A model generated the notes under the pieces. That model searched no databases. It was not told the origin of the DNA and worked only from the letters and a program-made list of their open reading frames with translations. A stretch of 64,000 nucleotides of DNA, taken from the NCBI RefSeq assembly GCF_004010195.1, contig NC_057751.1, positions 18,353,185 through 18,417,184 of the forward strand, written 5' to 3'. This document shows, piece after piece, positions 1-13,269 of this stretch. This stretch comes from Chiloscyllium plagiosum. Its lineage: Eukaryota. Each line of letters starts with the position of its first letter. Positions within the stretch are counted from its first letter, which is position 1. Position numbers and translations under genes: made by a program.

Positions 1-1960
1 GGTACATACTTATCAAGGACATTCAATAGTTGCTCCTTGAACAAGCTCCACATATCATTTACACTCTTGCCTTGGAGTCTACTTTTCCAAGCCACACATC
101 CTAGGTCGTGCCTCACAGCATCATAATTTCCCTGCCCCCATCTATAACTCTTGCCCTGTAGTGCACACTTATCCCTCTCCATCACTAGTGTAAAAGTCAC
201 CGAATTGTGGTCACTATCCCCAAAGTGCTCACCTACCTCTAATTCTAACACCTGGCCTGGTTCATTACCCAGACCCAAATCCAGTATGGCCTCACCTCTT
301 GTTGGCCTGTCTACATATTGTGTCGGGAAACTCTCCTGCACACATTGAACAAACGCTGACCCATCTAACGAACTTGAGCTATAGCTTTCCCAATTAATAT
401 CAGGAAAGTTAAAGTCCCCCATAACAACCACCCTATTACTTTCACTCTTCTCCTGAATCATCCTCGCAATCCTTTCTTCTACGTTTCTAGGACTATTAGG
501 AGGCCTGTAAAAAACTCCTAACAGGGTGACCTCACCTTTCCTATTCCTAACCTCAGCCCAAACTACCTCAGATGGCGAGTCTTCATCCATCATCCTTTCC
601 ACCCCTGTAATACTATCTTTGACAAGCAATGCCACACCTCACCCTCTTTTACCCCCACCTCTGACCCCACTAAAACATTTAGACCCTGGACCTGCAACAG
701 CCAATCCTGTCCCTGTTCTGCCCATGTCTCCGTAATAGCCACAACATCGAAATCCCAGGTACCAATCCATGCTGCAAGTTCACCTACCTTATTTCATATA
801 CTTCTTGCATTGAAGTATACACACTTCAAGCCATTTTCCTGTTTACAGGCACCCTCCTTTGAGATTGATGCTTTGTTCCTAAGCTCCCTACAATCCAGGT
901 CCTGCACCCTAAAGCTACAGTCTAGGTTCCCATGCCCCTGCAGAGTTAGTTTAAACCTCCCCCAAGAGCACTAGCAAACCTCCCACCAAGGTTACTGGTG
1001 CCCCTCAGGTTCAGGTGTAGACCATCCTGTTTATAGAGTTCCCACCTTCCCCAGCAAGAACCCCAGTTATCGAAATACTGGAATCCCTCCCTCCTGCATC
1101 ATCCCTGTAGCCACGCATTTAACTGTTCTGTCTCCCTATTCCTCGACTCTCTATCACGTGGCACGGGTAACAAACCAGAGACAACAACTCTGTTCGTTCT
1201 AACTCTGAGCTTCCAACCTCGCTCCCTGAAAGCCTGCCTATCATCCTCAGCCCTCCTCCTACCTATGTCATTGGTGCCAATGTGGACCACGACTTCGGGC
1301 TGCTCCCCCTCCCCCTTAAGGACTCAGAAAACACGATCAGAGACATCACGTACCCTTACACCTGGGAGGCAACATACCAAACGTGAGTCTCTCTCGCCCC
1401 CACTAAACCGCCTATCTGTGCCCCGAACTATCGAGTCCCCAATTACTATTGCTCTGCTCTTCTCCACCCTTCCCTTCTGAGCAACGGGGACAGGCTCCAT
1501 GCCTGTTCTTGAGGGGAACGGCCACAGGGGGTCCCTGCACTGGCTGTTTCCTCCCAGTCCCCCTCACTGTCACCCATCTGTCTGCAATCTTTGGAGTTGC
1601 TACTTCCCTAAAGCTCCGATCTATGACCCCCTTTGCATCCCGAATGATCCTAAGTTCATCCAATTCCAGCCGCAGTTCCCTAACACGGTCTTGGAGGAGC
1701 TGGAGATGGGTGCACTTCCTGCAAGTGTAATCAGCAGGGACGTCCATGGCATCCCTCACCTCAAAAATGTTGCAAGAGGAACATTGCAATGCCTTCACTG
1801 CCATCCCTCTAAAAGTAACCTTTTTTAAAAAAAAACTGGGTCTAAAGAATAGAACAAGCAAAATGCAGCACTTACTCACTTACCACAACGGGTCTTATTA
1901 TTAGGTTAGAGGAGGAGGGCACTACAGAGTTAGTGCCTCGGGTTCTTCTCCTGCGCGCTT
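1..1960 (-). mobile_element. CR1 LINE, 5' portion (ORF1 zinc finger/coiled coil/SGNH esterase, then ORF2 APE endonuclease running off the window's left edge)
   Basis: ORF 1412-1879 has CSSC..CRKC zinc finger plus coiled coil (LQLLQDRVRELRLELDELR). ORF 1099-1290 has VHIGTNDIG (SGNH block III), with GDS at ~1430. Minus strand near 830 reads KCVYFNARS (APE start) and SDHN near 210. ORF1 is frameshifted/deleted around 1500. Confidence 0.93.
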
Positions 1961-2094
1961 TTAAAGGGAAAAAAAAACCTACCCGGCAAACAAACTGTCT
2001 CACCTTAGCTGTAGCCTTCCGGGTTCCTTTACACTGTGCTGCTGCTCGCACTCAAAAATGGGGGAGGTTAACTTTCCGTATATTATAGGTCCAA

Positions 2095-4495
2095 ATATAT
2101 TACAGTTCCATTACTTTAGATGGATCCGTTCTTGTCGTTTTCGTTACACAGTATACAGACTGGCCATAAAAGAGCAAAGCCACATTGGATTTGGTAATCG
2201 GTAATGAACCCGCTCGGATGTTAGATTTGGACGTAGTTGAGCACTTTGATGATAGTGACCACAATTCGGTCAAATTCATTTTAATGATGTAAATGGATAT
2301 GTATATAGCGTGCGACAAGAGTTAAGCTTCGTAAAAAAATACACTTATGATGCGATTAGTTAAGACTTAGAAAGCATTAGGATGCGGAAGGAAACTTCAG
2401 GGGATGGACACAACCGAAATGTGGAGATTATTCAACGAACAGCGACTGATAAGTATTTGCCCTCGAGGCAGGGATGAAGTGATCAAGCGAGGGAACCGTG
2501 GTTGACTGAAGAATTTAAATCTTTGGCAGGTGGAAAAAGAAACCTTATGTTGGTATGAGACGTGAAGACTCAGTTAGGATGCTTGAGACTTAAAAGTTAG
2601 CCAGGAAAGATCGCAAGAGAGAGCGATAAGAAGACATGATAATTCGTTGTTCGATACGAAAAAGCAAATCCCTAAAGCTTTTGATCGGTATGTCAATAAC
2701 AAATGAATGACTAGAGCAAAATTCGGGCCAATTAATCAGAATAGTGGGAAGTTGTGTGTAGAGTTCGAGGAGGTTGGGCAAGTGCGAAATGAATATTTTT
2801 CGTGAGTGTTCACACTGGAAAAAAGACAATGTTATCGAGGAGAGTACTGCAATACAGGCTACGAGACTAGATGGGATTGAGGTTCACAAGGACGAGTTGC
2901 GAGCAATGACTGAAAGCGTGAAAATTGAGAGATCCCTTGGGCCGGATGGGATGTATCCCAGGATTCTTTGGGAAGCTAGGGAGGAGATTGCCGAGCTTTT
3001 CGCTTTTATCTTTATGTTGCTGTTGTCGACAGAAATAGTGCCAGAAGACTGGAGGATAGCAAATGTTGTCTCCGTGTTCTTGAAGGGGAGTGGAGACTAC
3101 TGTGTAAATTATAGACCAGTGAGCCTTACTTCTGTGTTGGGTAAAAAGTTTGAAAAGTTTATAAGCAAGATAGGATTTATATTCATCTAGAGAGTAATAG
3201 GCTGAGTAGGGATAGTGACCGCGGATTTTTGAAGGGCGAGTTTTGTCTCACAACCTTATTGAGTTTCTTGAGATAGTCCCCAGACAGGTGGATGACGATA
3301 AAGCGGTTGACATGGTATAAATGGACTTCAGTAAGGCGTTTGATACAGTTAACTATGGTTGGCTATTTCACAAAATACAATGGCATTGGATTGAGTTTGA
3401 GTTAACGTTTTGGATCAGAAATTGGCGGGCTGAAAGCAGACAGAGGGTGATGGTAGATGGAAAATGTTCATTCTGGATTTTAGTTGCTCGTAGTCTATTG
3501 CAAGGATCTGTTTTGGGGCCAATGATCTTTATCATTTTTTATAAATGACCTGGATAAGATCCTGCAAGGATGGTTTAGTAAATGGCGAATGTCACTAAGG
3601 TCAGTGGAGTTGTGGGCAGTGCTGGAGGACCTTGTACGGTACAGAGAGACAGAGATTAGCTGCAGTGCTGGGCTGAGAGGTGGCAAATGGAGTTTTGTGC
3701 GGAGAATTGCGAGGTGATTCACTTTGGGAGGGGTGACTGGAATAAAGAGTACTGGGCTAATGGTAAGATTCTTCGTAGTGTGGATGAGAAGAGAGATCTC
3801 AGTGTCCATGCACACAGGTCCCTGAAAGTTGCACCCAGGTTGATAGGGTTGTTAGGAAGGCATACGGTGTGTTAGCGTTTAGTGATACAGCGATTGAATT
3901 TAAGTACCACGAGGTCATGTTGCAGCTTTCCAAAACTCTGATGTGACCGCAGTTTAAGCATTGCATACAGTTCCAGTCGCCACATTATAGGAAGGATGTG
4001 GAAGCTTTGGAAAAGTGTCAGAGGAGATTTCCGAGGATGTTGTCTGGTGTGGAGCGAAGGCCTTATGAGGAAAGGCAGAGAGCCTTGAGATTGTTTTTGT
4101 TAGAGAGAAGGAGGTTGAAGGGTGACTTAACTGAGACATATATGATAATCAGAGAGTTAGATAGGTTCGACAGTGAGAGCCTTTTTTTTCTCAGAGGGTG
4201 ATGGCTAGCACGAGGGGACATAGTTTTGAATTGAGGAGTGATAAGTGTAGGACAGATGTTAGAGGTAGTTTATTTGCCCAAACAGTATGGGGGGAGGAGA
4301 GGTTGGAAAGACCTGCCTGTAACTGTAGTAGACGATCCAACATTGAGGGCCTTTAAATTTTCATTAGACAGATATATGGGTGAAAATTGAATAATGTAAG
4401 TTAGATGGGGTTCAGATTGTTTCCACAGGTCGGCGCAACATCAGTGGCTGAAAGCCATAAACAGCGTTGTGATATTCTATGTTCTACATTCTATG
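2095..4495 (+). mobile_element. CR1 LINE, 5'-truncated, decayed ORF2 (endonuclease C-terminus, RT, 3' end)
   Basis: SDHNS at ~2255; GPDGMYPRIL, PEDWRIANV, NYRPVSLTSV (2774-3190); DFSKAFD, QGSVLGP (3321-3548); KCQRRFPRML; ends in TTCTATG-type tail at ~4475-4495. Confidence 0.93.
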
Positions 4496-5370
4496 TTGAG
4501 GGCTTATAGCTAAAGTTATCCAGATGGATGCTGTAAATCCATTCAGTTTATCCTTGTTACATTGTGGCATGCAACTTAGGAATTAACCTAAATCAGTCCA
4601 TTTGAATTTGTTTTTGCGTATGAGATGAGAGTACCACTTAAATTAATTTAGAAAGAAATGGTGCGTTGGAGTTCAGAGACTACATTACAGATATGTGCCA
4701 AAAAACAAATGAGAGTTTAAGTAGAGTGTGTAAGTTGGCTGGATATCATTAAAAAAAACCACTTCATGTTACAAAAATAGGACACAGGCAAGAGATTTAA
4801 AAAAGTGCTTTGTCTAGTTGATAGAAAGTATCCAATTTACTGACAGGGGTATGTGAACTTTTAAAGGCAAAGTTTAGTGGGCCTCATCAAATATAAAGAA
4901 AATGGACTGAGGGGAATTATTTGATAAGAACAACAGATAGAACGGTGCTTCATGGGAATATGTTCAAACGTTATTGCGACGGAGAAGGAAATTTAAAGGA
5001 GAATGTGTTACATGATACAACTCCGAGTTTCAAGCCAAATCCCAAAAAATTCTACATTTGATAACCCAAAACTTTCACGCTACGATAGGGAAATTATCAG
5101 AATTTGAAATAATTTATTCCAATAGTAAAATCCAAATGAACTTCAATATTAATTACAACCACATGAATAGATATGTTGGAATCATGTGAGAAGTGCTAAA
5201 TTGAATGCACCGTATTGGTTGTAGGTTAATGCTGTCTCTTTTCAGCAACATCCTTGCAGCCTTAACGAAATAATACTGACATAACTTCAAAAGGAGATTG
5301 AAAGAATACTCAATGATGACATAATCGAAGTAAGTTGCAGTGAACAGAGCTCACATCGTGATGTTATCAA
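4493..5370 (+). mobile_element. Gmr1-like Ty3/gypsy pol relic, part 1: integrase C-terminal half, then start of RT
   Basis: Manual translation: MLRAYS*SYPDG..SPFEFVFAYEMRVPLKLI (integrase core end), LKAKFSGPHQI (GPY/F motif, ~4865), HGNMFKRY, then QQHPCSLN..QKEIERILNDDIIEVSCSEQSS (RT N-terminus, ~5243-5350). Many stops. Confidence 0.8.
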
Positions 5371-5379
5371 AAAAAATGA

Positions 5380-6013
5380 TACATATGGGATTTTGGCTTT
5401 CATTAACGAGGGATCGAGTTTTAGAGCCATGATGTTTTGCTACAGCTCTACAAGTCCATGGTGAGACCACACTTGAAATATTGTGTCCAGTTCTGGTTGC
5501 CCTATTATAGAAAAGATACACAGGCTTTGGAGAGGGTACAAAGAAGATTTACCAGGATACTGCCTGGACGGGAGGGCTTGCCTTATGAAGAAAGGTTGAA
5601 TATGCTCCACTTTCCTCTCTGGAGAGAAGGAGGAAGAGACAGACCTGATCGAGGTATGCAAGATAATGAGAGGAATAGATAGAGTCTATAGCCAGAGACG
5701 CTGACCCAGGGCAGGATTGACGGGTATGAGGGGTCATAGTATTAAGATATTAGGGGAAAGGTATAGAGGAGACGTAAGAGATAGGTTCTTTACGCAGGGA
5801 GTTGTGAATGCATGGAATATGTTGCCAGCGGTAATGGTGGAAGCAGAGTCATTAGGAACATTTAAGCGACTGTTGGACAGGCACATGGATAGCAGTGAGT
5901 TGTGGGGTGCGTCGGTTAAATTATTATTTTTTTACATTAGAATTAAACTTCAGCACAACATCGTGAGCTAAAGGGCCTGTTCTGTGCTGTACTTTTCGAT
6001 GTTCTATGTTCTA
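5380..6013 (+). mobile_element. CR1 LINE 3' fragment
   Basis: LYKSMVRPHLKYCVQFW..LERVQRRFTRILPG, FFTQGVVNAWNMLP; TTCTATG tail at ~5995-6013. Confidence 0.92.
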
Positions 6014-6089
6014 AAAAGCTCCTGACGATCATGTGAACTCGTCATGTAATTGAATTCAGTCATGTAGTATAATACCTATGCGACAATGA

Positions 6090-9000
6090 TAAACAAAGAA
6101 AAATAACAGTACACTGGAACAGGCCCTTCGGGCTTCCGAGTCTATGCCAGCACATTTTGCTCTTCCATCCCAAAACTTCCTTCACTGAAAGGATCGTATC
6201 TCACTATTGCCTTCCCGTTCACAAAGTTCTTCATGAATGCTGCTATTGTACTTGCTTCCACCAATTCCTCCTCGGAATGTGTTCCAAGCAATCATCATCC
6301 TTGTGTGAAAAGTGTGCTTCGTACATCTCTTTTAAGCATCACCCTCGCACATTGAAGCTGTGTCGCCTAGGAATTGACCCTCACACTCTGAGAAAAAAAG
6401 CGCCATACTTTCCAGTCAATCTATGCCATTCCCATTATGACAAACGTCTACTCTGTCTACCCCCAACTTCCACTGAAAACCTGTCCAATTTATCCAAACT
6501 TTCATCATAGCTAACATTCCTCATATGAGGCAACATACTGGTCAACCTTTCCAGTACACTCTCCAATGCAACCAGATCATTCTGATAGTGTGGTGATCAG
6601 ACTGTACACAATATGTCAAGTGTGGCCTTATTAAAGTTCGATAAACCTGCAGACTAAATTGTCTATCCTTGTACTCAATGCCACTTTCAATGAAGGCAAG
6701 CATGCCAAAGGACTCTTTATTACTACTTTATCTATTGCGATGCCACCTTCAGTGATCTGTGGATGTTCATGCCCAGATACCACTGCTAATCAATACTTCA
6801 CAAGGATCTCTCATTCACCATGTAACTTCCACCTGCATTCGTACTTGCAAAATGCATCACGTCACATTTGTCTGGATTCCACTCCATCTGCCATTTTTCA
6901 GTTTATGCCACCAGTTGGTCTATGTCTTGCTCTATCCCTTTACAACTTTTCTCACCATCTGCTTCGCCACCAATCTTTGCATCATCCACAAACTTAGCAA
7001 TTAGGTCGGCTAGGATTTCCTCCAAATTCAATATGTAGACCACAAACAGCAGAGGTCCCAGCACTGATTCAGATGGAAAACCAGTAGTCACAGTCCTCCA
7101 GTCCGAAAAGCATTCATCCACCGCTACCTTCTATCTCCTTGGAATAAGCCAATTTCGTATCCAACTTGCCAGATCACATCTGATAACATAAGCCTTCACC
7201 ATTTGCACCACTCTGTCATGCTGGACTTATAAAATGCTCGACTGAAGTCTATGTATTCAACATCAAATACTTTTCCCTTATCAATTAACCTCATCTCCTC
7301 CTCCCAAACTTAGTGAGGCACGAACCTCCTCACAAAACCTAACTGTCTATCACTAATCATTCCATTTACTTCTAACTGTATTGGGACGTTGTACCGAAGA
7401 ATCATTTCCAATATTTTATCAACCACTGACGTGAGACTCACAGGCCTGTAATTTCCAAAATTATCCCTGTTACCTTTATTAAAAGGTTGGACAACATTAG
7501 ATATTCGCCACATCTCTGGACTTCACCTGTGGCCAAAAAGGATACAAAGATATTGTCAATATTCTAGTAATTTATTCTCTTGCCTCCTTCACTATTCTAG
7601 GACAGATTCCATCAGGACGCAAGGAGTTATCTGCCTGAATAAGTTTTAAGACACAGATCATTTGTCTGAGAAATTCGACTCTCTCTTTTTTGAGATCATC
7701 TTCCATACATTTATTGTCTTTGGTGAATACCGAGATCAAACATTTATTTAGGCCTTTTGTCACCACACATAGGTTCACTCTTTTGTCATTGAGTGGGCCT
7801 GCCCTTCCATTAGTTGTCATCTTGCTTTTTCATGCATATATGAAATGCTTGGGGTTTTCCTTAATCCTGTTTGTTAATGCCTTTTCAAGATGTCTTTTAA
7901 CCTTTGTAATTCCTTGTTAAAGTTCTTTACTAATTTCCTTATATACTTCAAGGGTATCATCAGTTTCCAGCATCCTGCAACTTCTTTATGTATCTATTTT
8001 TTTTCTTTCTGACCAAGGTCATACATTCCCTTGTCAACTCTGGTTCATGTAACTTGAACTACCTATACTTCATTTTCGAGGGAAGTCGTATCAACTGCCA
8101 GTTGGAATACTCCCAAATGTCTTTTTGTGGATTTACCCTCAAATAACTGCCTCCAATCAACAAGTTCTAGTTCCTGCCTAATATTGTTGTAGTTTGGCTT
8201 CCTCCAGCACATTCGCCCGAGAATAACTGATAACTTTAGTCATGAGTATATTGAAATTAATCTCGGTCCCGTGGCCGGGCTCATTTCTCAAAACCAGGGT
8301 TACTATAATCCCTTACCTGGCTGAATTGCTTACATACTGTCAAGAAACACTCCTGAATGTCCCTTACAAATTGTGCTCCATCCAAGCACGAAGTGAGTCC
8401 AAATCAATATACGGAAGTTCATATCACTCACCATGACAATTCTGCTATTTTTCTATCTTTCCAAAAATTGTCTGCACATATTCTCCTCTGTCTCCCGCTG
8501 GCACTTCAGAGGCCTGGGTTATAGCTTCAGCATTATGATGTCATCTTTCGTCTTCCTGAGGTCTAGTTACATTGGCACGCGTCCTCTGATGTATCCTCAC
8601 TCAGTACAGCTTTGAGATATTCATTTACCAGTAATGCAATCCCCCAACCCTTTAACTTCCATTATTATTGCGACTAAAACATCTCAATCCTGCGACATTC
8701 ACCTGCCAGTCCTGCCCCTGTTTCAGCCAAGTCTCTTTAATCGCAATCACGTCATATTTCCAAGTACTAACCAAAGCTCTAAATTCACCTTTCTAACCTA
8801 TCATACTTCCCGCATTGAAACATTAGCATTTCAGATCACCTCCCCATTCATTTCAGCAGTTTTTCTCTGCCTGTTCTTGTTCTCAGTAATGTTTGCCTTT
8901 GTTTTCTATCTCTCTGTGAATTTCTGCATTTACTGCCGTAGTTTCCTGGTTCCCATCTCCCTGCCATACGAGTACCTTCCCAAACCACTGTGCCAAGCAT

Positions 9001-9725
9001 ACACCGCCCCCCCCCCCCCCCCGGCCCGCTACCCCTCAAGGAAACCTGATCATGTCGAGGCGTAACCCGTCCATTTTGTACAGGTTCCACCTCCCCCAGA
9101 ACTAGTCCCACTATTCCACTATCCTAAACCCTCCCCACTACATCATCTTTTCAGCCACTTTTAAATTCTAAAAACTGTACAGATTCTACTTTAACTGGCT
9201 CATGGTACTTGGAGGTATCCAGAGTTAACCATCATTGGTCCGACATTTCAAATTTCTTCCCAATTCTCTATATTCTGCTTGTAGGATCCTATCCTTTTTT
9301 ACTGTGTCATTCGTACTTAGGCGTACTGCGAAAATTGGCTCTTTGCAATCCCTCTCCCCCACCAGAATGTCGTGAAACCGCTCAGACACATCCAGGATAC
9401 GAGCACCAAGGAGATAGCACACCATTTTGGACTCTTGTTTGCGGCCACAGAAATGCGTATCTATTCACCTTACATCTGAATGCCCTATTTCGACGCTTGC
9501 CTAACCCCCGTCTGTAGCAGAGGCAATCATGGTGCCATGATTTATTTTGCTGCTGCTAACGTCTGATAAGCCATTCCCTTAAACAGTAACAAAAGCGTTG
9601 TGTCAGTTTTGCAGGGGCATATCCATATTCCTGCATATATCTGCTTCACACTCTTCCTCTGCCTGGTGATCACTCATTACTTTCCAGCTTGTTGAGTCCT
9701 CAGTGTGACCATGTCTCTGTACCTG
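6090..9725 (-). mobile_element. CR1 LINE, long decayed copy (ORF1 esterase remnant, endonuclease, RT, tail)
   Basis: Minus-strand ORF fragments VCYLLGARILDVSER..LSTNDT (esterase), NYRPVSLTSVV, SVLGPLLFVVYI..KFVDDAKIGG; tail at ~6090-6130. Confidence 0.88.
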
Positions 9726-9734
9726 ATATCGTTC

Positions 9735-10590
9735 TGAGAATGTGAGACAAGAAACTGTCATTTCTCAGCCTGCATCAATCAAAAATTGATGCAGGCAGTT
9801 ACATCTATCCATAAGTGTGTTAAAGTCATGACATTCAGTATGAAGTAAGCAACAGCCACATTTCAAAGATTAACGATAAGACTGTGTCAGTATTACCCGT
9901 TTGTGCAGTGTACGTAGAAGAATTGGAGATTTTTCTTCAAACAAAAAGTAAATGTTAGGAGCATGTAACGGCCTTGTTCAACCAACATCAGGAGGCGGGC
10001 ATTCTTGTAAACCCGGCTAAACATGACCAAATTAATGCCCAAGTCACCTTCCGAGGCCATACCTTTGGACCTCGGCAGTTTGCTCATTGGGATGTGAGAA
10101 ACATGATTATTGGGAGCTTCCCATGGCATCGACAAAGAAGGAAGCGCCCCAATCCCTGACCCTGAGTCGTTTTAAAGAAAAAAACGTTGTTACAAATTTT
10201 TGTAGCATGTTTCCTCCAAAGACCGACTTGAAAAAGAAGTGCATTAAATTGCTGTGAATGAATGAGTGTCAGATGTAAAAGCCTGAAATCTTTGTCGACC
10301 ACCTCTCCAGTTTTAGCAAAACCGAATTTTGTAGAATTTAAAGTGGGTGAGAAGAGTGAGGTTGTTGAACTCTTTAAAAAAGGTGATGTGAGTATAGAGA
10401 GACTTATTTATGTTGGCATGACACAATTTTTCATGCCTAACATATTCCCTTATTTTATATTTCTGGGGAATTGTGAGGATACAAATACCAGACTGTTCAC
10501 ATGGATATTTTCGTTCTAAGCTTTATATTTTAAAATTATCACGTTACAGGATGAGAGAACATAATTTCCAACAGATTGTCACGACTATGA
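9735..10590 (+). mobile_element. Gmr1-like gypsy pol relic, part 2: RT core and RNase H
   Basis: KVMTFSMK*ATATFQRL, CAVYVEELEIF (decayed YxDD), EAGILVNPAK..QVTFRGHT, LSTTSPVLAKPNF, ending RENII..LSRL* near 10590. It continues part 1 across the CR1 insertions. Confidence 0.78.
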
Positions 10591-11751
10591 TGAAGTACAT
10601 TGGAGGCATTCAGTGATCGAAGAAAAGAACTGAAATGAACTCATATTTAGAGTTGGAGCAATCTATGCAAATAGAATGTGCAGCACTCCTCACGTGAGAT
10701 TAAAAGCTTTGAAAAATAATCATTTTTGTACGCATTTTTTTTAAAGACGAAGAATGACAGGATTGTCCTTTTTAAGGATCTGTATTTGTGTTGTTTCTCT
10801 TGCAAAGCGGTGCTGACATAATTGTGCCGATATGTCTCCTTCTGCCATGCAGTTAGTAAACAACTTTAAAGTTCACCTTATTGTTTCGTTTTTAAATGAC
10901 GCCTTCGAACAATGAATGGGTTGGTTCAGAGCTAACACGGACTCATGAAGATGTTTAGACTAGCTTTCAGTGAGTCAGACGGCTTCTGCTGACTGCTAAC
11001 CAAAGCGCTCGAAATCTTGGCTGCTGAAAGCTTTGAAAGCGAATTCTCAGAGAGGCTTCTTAAAAAAATCAAAAAGGGCATGATGCTTCTTTCTTCTGGA
11101 ATGGAGTCAGGTCGTATGTGAGAATCATAACTATTTTGTTGCTTAACTTTTTTTGCCAAAAGATGTTTTTATGGAATGCGACATGGTTTGGAATAGTTGA
11201 TGATTTTTTTCAACAATAGACAGCAATCTCAAGTATTGCATTAGAGTTCAAATTATGGCAGTTAATTTTCTTCCTTGTATTGTGAACGTGTGGTAGGAAT
11301 AAAGTTTGCCTTTATGAACTCTACTGGTGGACCAATTGAATCACAATGTAAAAGTTAAAATATAGGTTATCTGCTCACCTATTGATCTGTGGGGGCAGTC
11401 TGGTGTTGTTTATAACAAGAGAGTTGAGGGTCGACGAAGAAAAAGGTATCCTGATGGGAGCTGTGTACTGGCCTGCAAACAGTAGTCTGAATATTGTAAG
11501 AAAATAAATCAGGAGTAAGAAAAGGCATACAATTTAGGCCAAATTGCAATAATTGTGGAAAATTCTAATATGCACGTGGACTAGAGAAGAAGGGTTTCGC
11601 TGGGTATCAACTTAATCACGGGACATTAAAGACTTTGAACCTAAAATCAGTTTTGTATATCGAGTGTTCTTTTTTTAAAAGATAAAGAATGACAGGACTG
11701 CTCCCGTTGAGGGATATATGGTTATGTTGTTTTGTAGTGGGTCTCAAGTGA

Positions 11752-12020
11752 AGGGGCAGGACAATGGCTGAGTGTTTACGAATGTTGCCTTACATCACCC
11801 GGGACAACGTATTGGTTCCACCTTCGGGCGTCTGTCGGTGAGAGTTTGTACATTCTCCCCGATTCCATGTGGGTGTCATTCAGGTGCTTCAGTTTCCTTC
11901 ACTGGTCCAAAGATGTGCAGGCTAGGTGGATTAGTCATGAAAAATCTGGGTTTACAGGGAGTGGGTGGGGTGGGGATGTGGATGGGTTGGAGGGTGGGAT
12001 GCTGTTTTGGAGGGTCAGTG
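11752..12020 (+). mobile_element. HE1-type tRNA-derived SINE, decayed
   Basis: GGGGCAGGACAATGGCTGAGTG head (A box), GGTTCCACC B-box remnant, GAGTTTGTACATTCTCCCC and GTCCAAAGATGTGCAGGCTAGGTGGATT core shared with 52527-52859. Confidence 0.75.
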
Positions 12021-13269
12021 GGATAAATGACCTTATTCCACGTTGTGGGGCATCATTAAATTTCAAGAAATGACGTTTGGAGCAGCTTATGGGAGAGATA
12101 ACTAGAGAACAATTAACGTTGGATTCAATGATGTGTAATGAGGCAGACTTGATTTTGGCGCTTAACGTGAAAAAACATGGAGGAGACTGCAACCATTTTA
12201 TGACAGAATTGGGAAGAAAGAATCTGACGTTGGATCGAACTGTATTAAGATTGAGGAAAGGTGATGACAAAAATATTTGTGAGGAACTGTCCCGAGTTGA
12301 TTGGATGAAGTCAAACATGGAACACAATTGCACGAGTTTTATGTGAGTAATTCTGCTGGAGGCCCAGCAGAACTTAAATTCAAGGAACAATAAACATATG
12401 GAGGTGATAAACATATTGCCGTGGTTGATGAGACAAATTAGCGGCAGCATAAGGTCCTAACAATAGAATCATACAGTGTCATACTGATTGCTGGGAAGCC
12501 AGAGGATTGGGAACCACTTGAAAACTAGCAGAAGACAACTAAAAAAATTGAAATAAGGTGCGAGAAGATGAAGGACGATGCAAGACAGTTAGTGATATAA
12601 AATACGATTGAAATTAGTTTGCAGATATAGACAACGTTAGAGAAGCAAGAATGAACATTGGACACTAAAAACAAGACGAGATGATTGAGAATGTAAACAC
12701 AAGAAGTGGAGCAATTGAATGGCTAATTTGCACCCATTGTCACAATGAACGAACTACGCAGCATACTATAACGTCAAGACAGTCACGGAGCAGAGGATAG
12801 TGTAATGGCAATCACTAAGGAGAACGTGATGGGGAAATGTCTAAAGGTGAATAAATTGTTCTGACCTGACCGACTACGTCCCGGAATTCAGAAGGGCATT
12901 GCTGAGAAGACTTGAAGAAACCTTCATTGTGATTTTTCTGTAGTTCTAGACGATTAGAAAATGAATAATATTGGACAAGGTGTGAAACAGTGAACAGAAT
13001 GTTATATTGCCGCTGAGTCAGACATACTCCACTTGGATATAATCTCAAGTTTCATTCTGCATGCTTTGAATTTACTCAGGGTGATAAGAATCTCTCTAAT
13101 GTTCAATGTTCCACCAACAGCTGCTCTCGCCATAATCCTGACATCCATTCAGTGCTATGCTTGGTCACAGTATCGAACTCTCTCTCCAACGTTAACCCCA
13201 AAACTGGAGAAAGGCTGCACATCAACCAATTCCACTCCAGTCCTCGGCTAAGTCCAGGTGCTAACAGTA

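Noticed and set aside
1..4495. Single CR1 with a 5' inversion
   Set aside because: Both divergent copies contain the same endonuclease C-terminal segment and differ in decay level, so they are two independent insertions.
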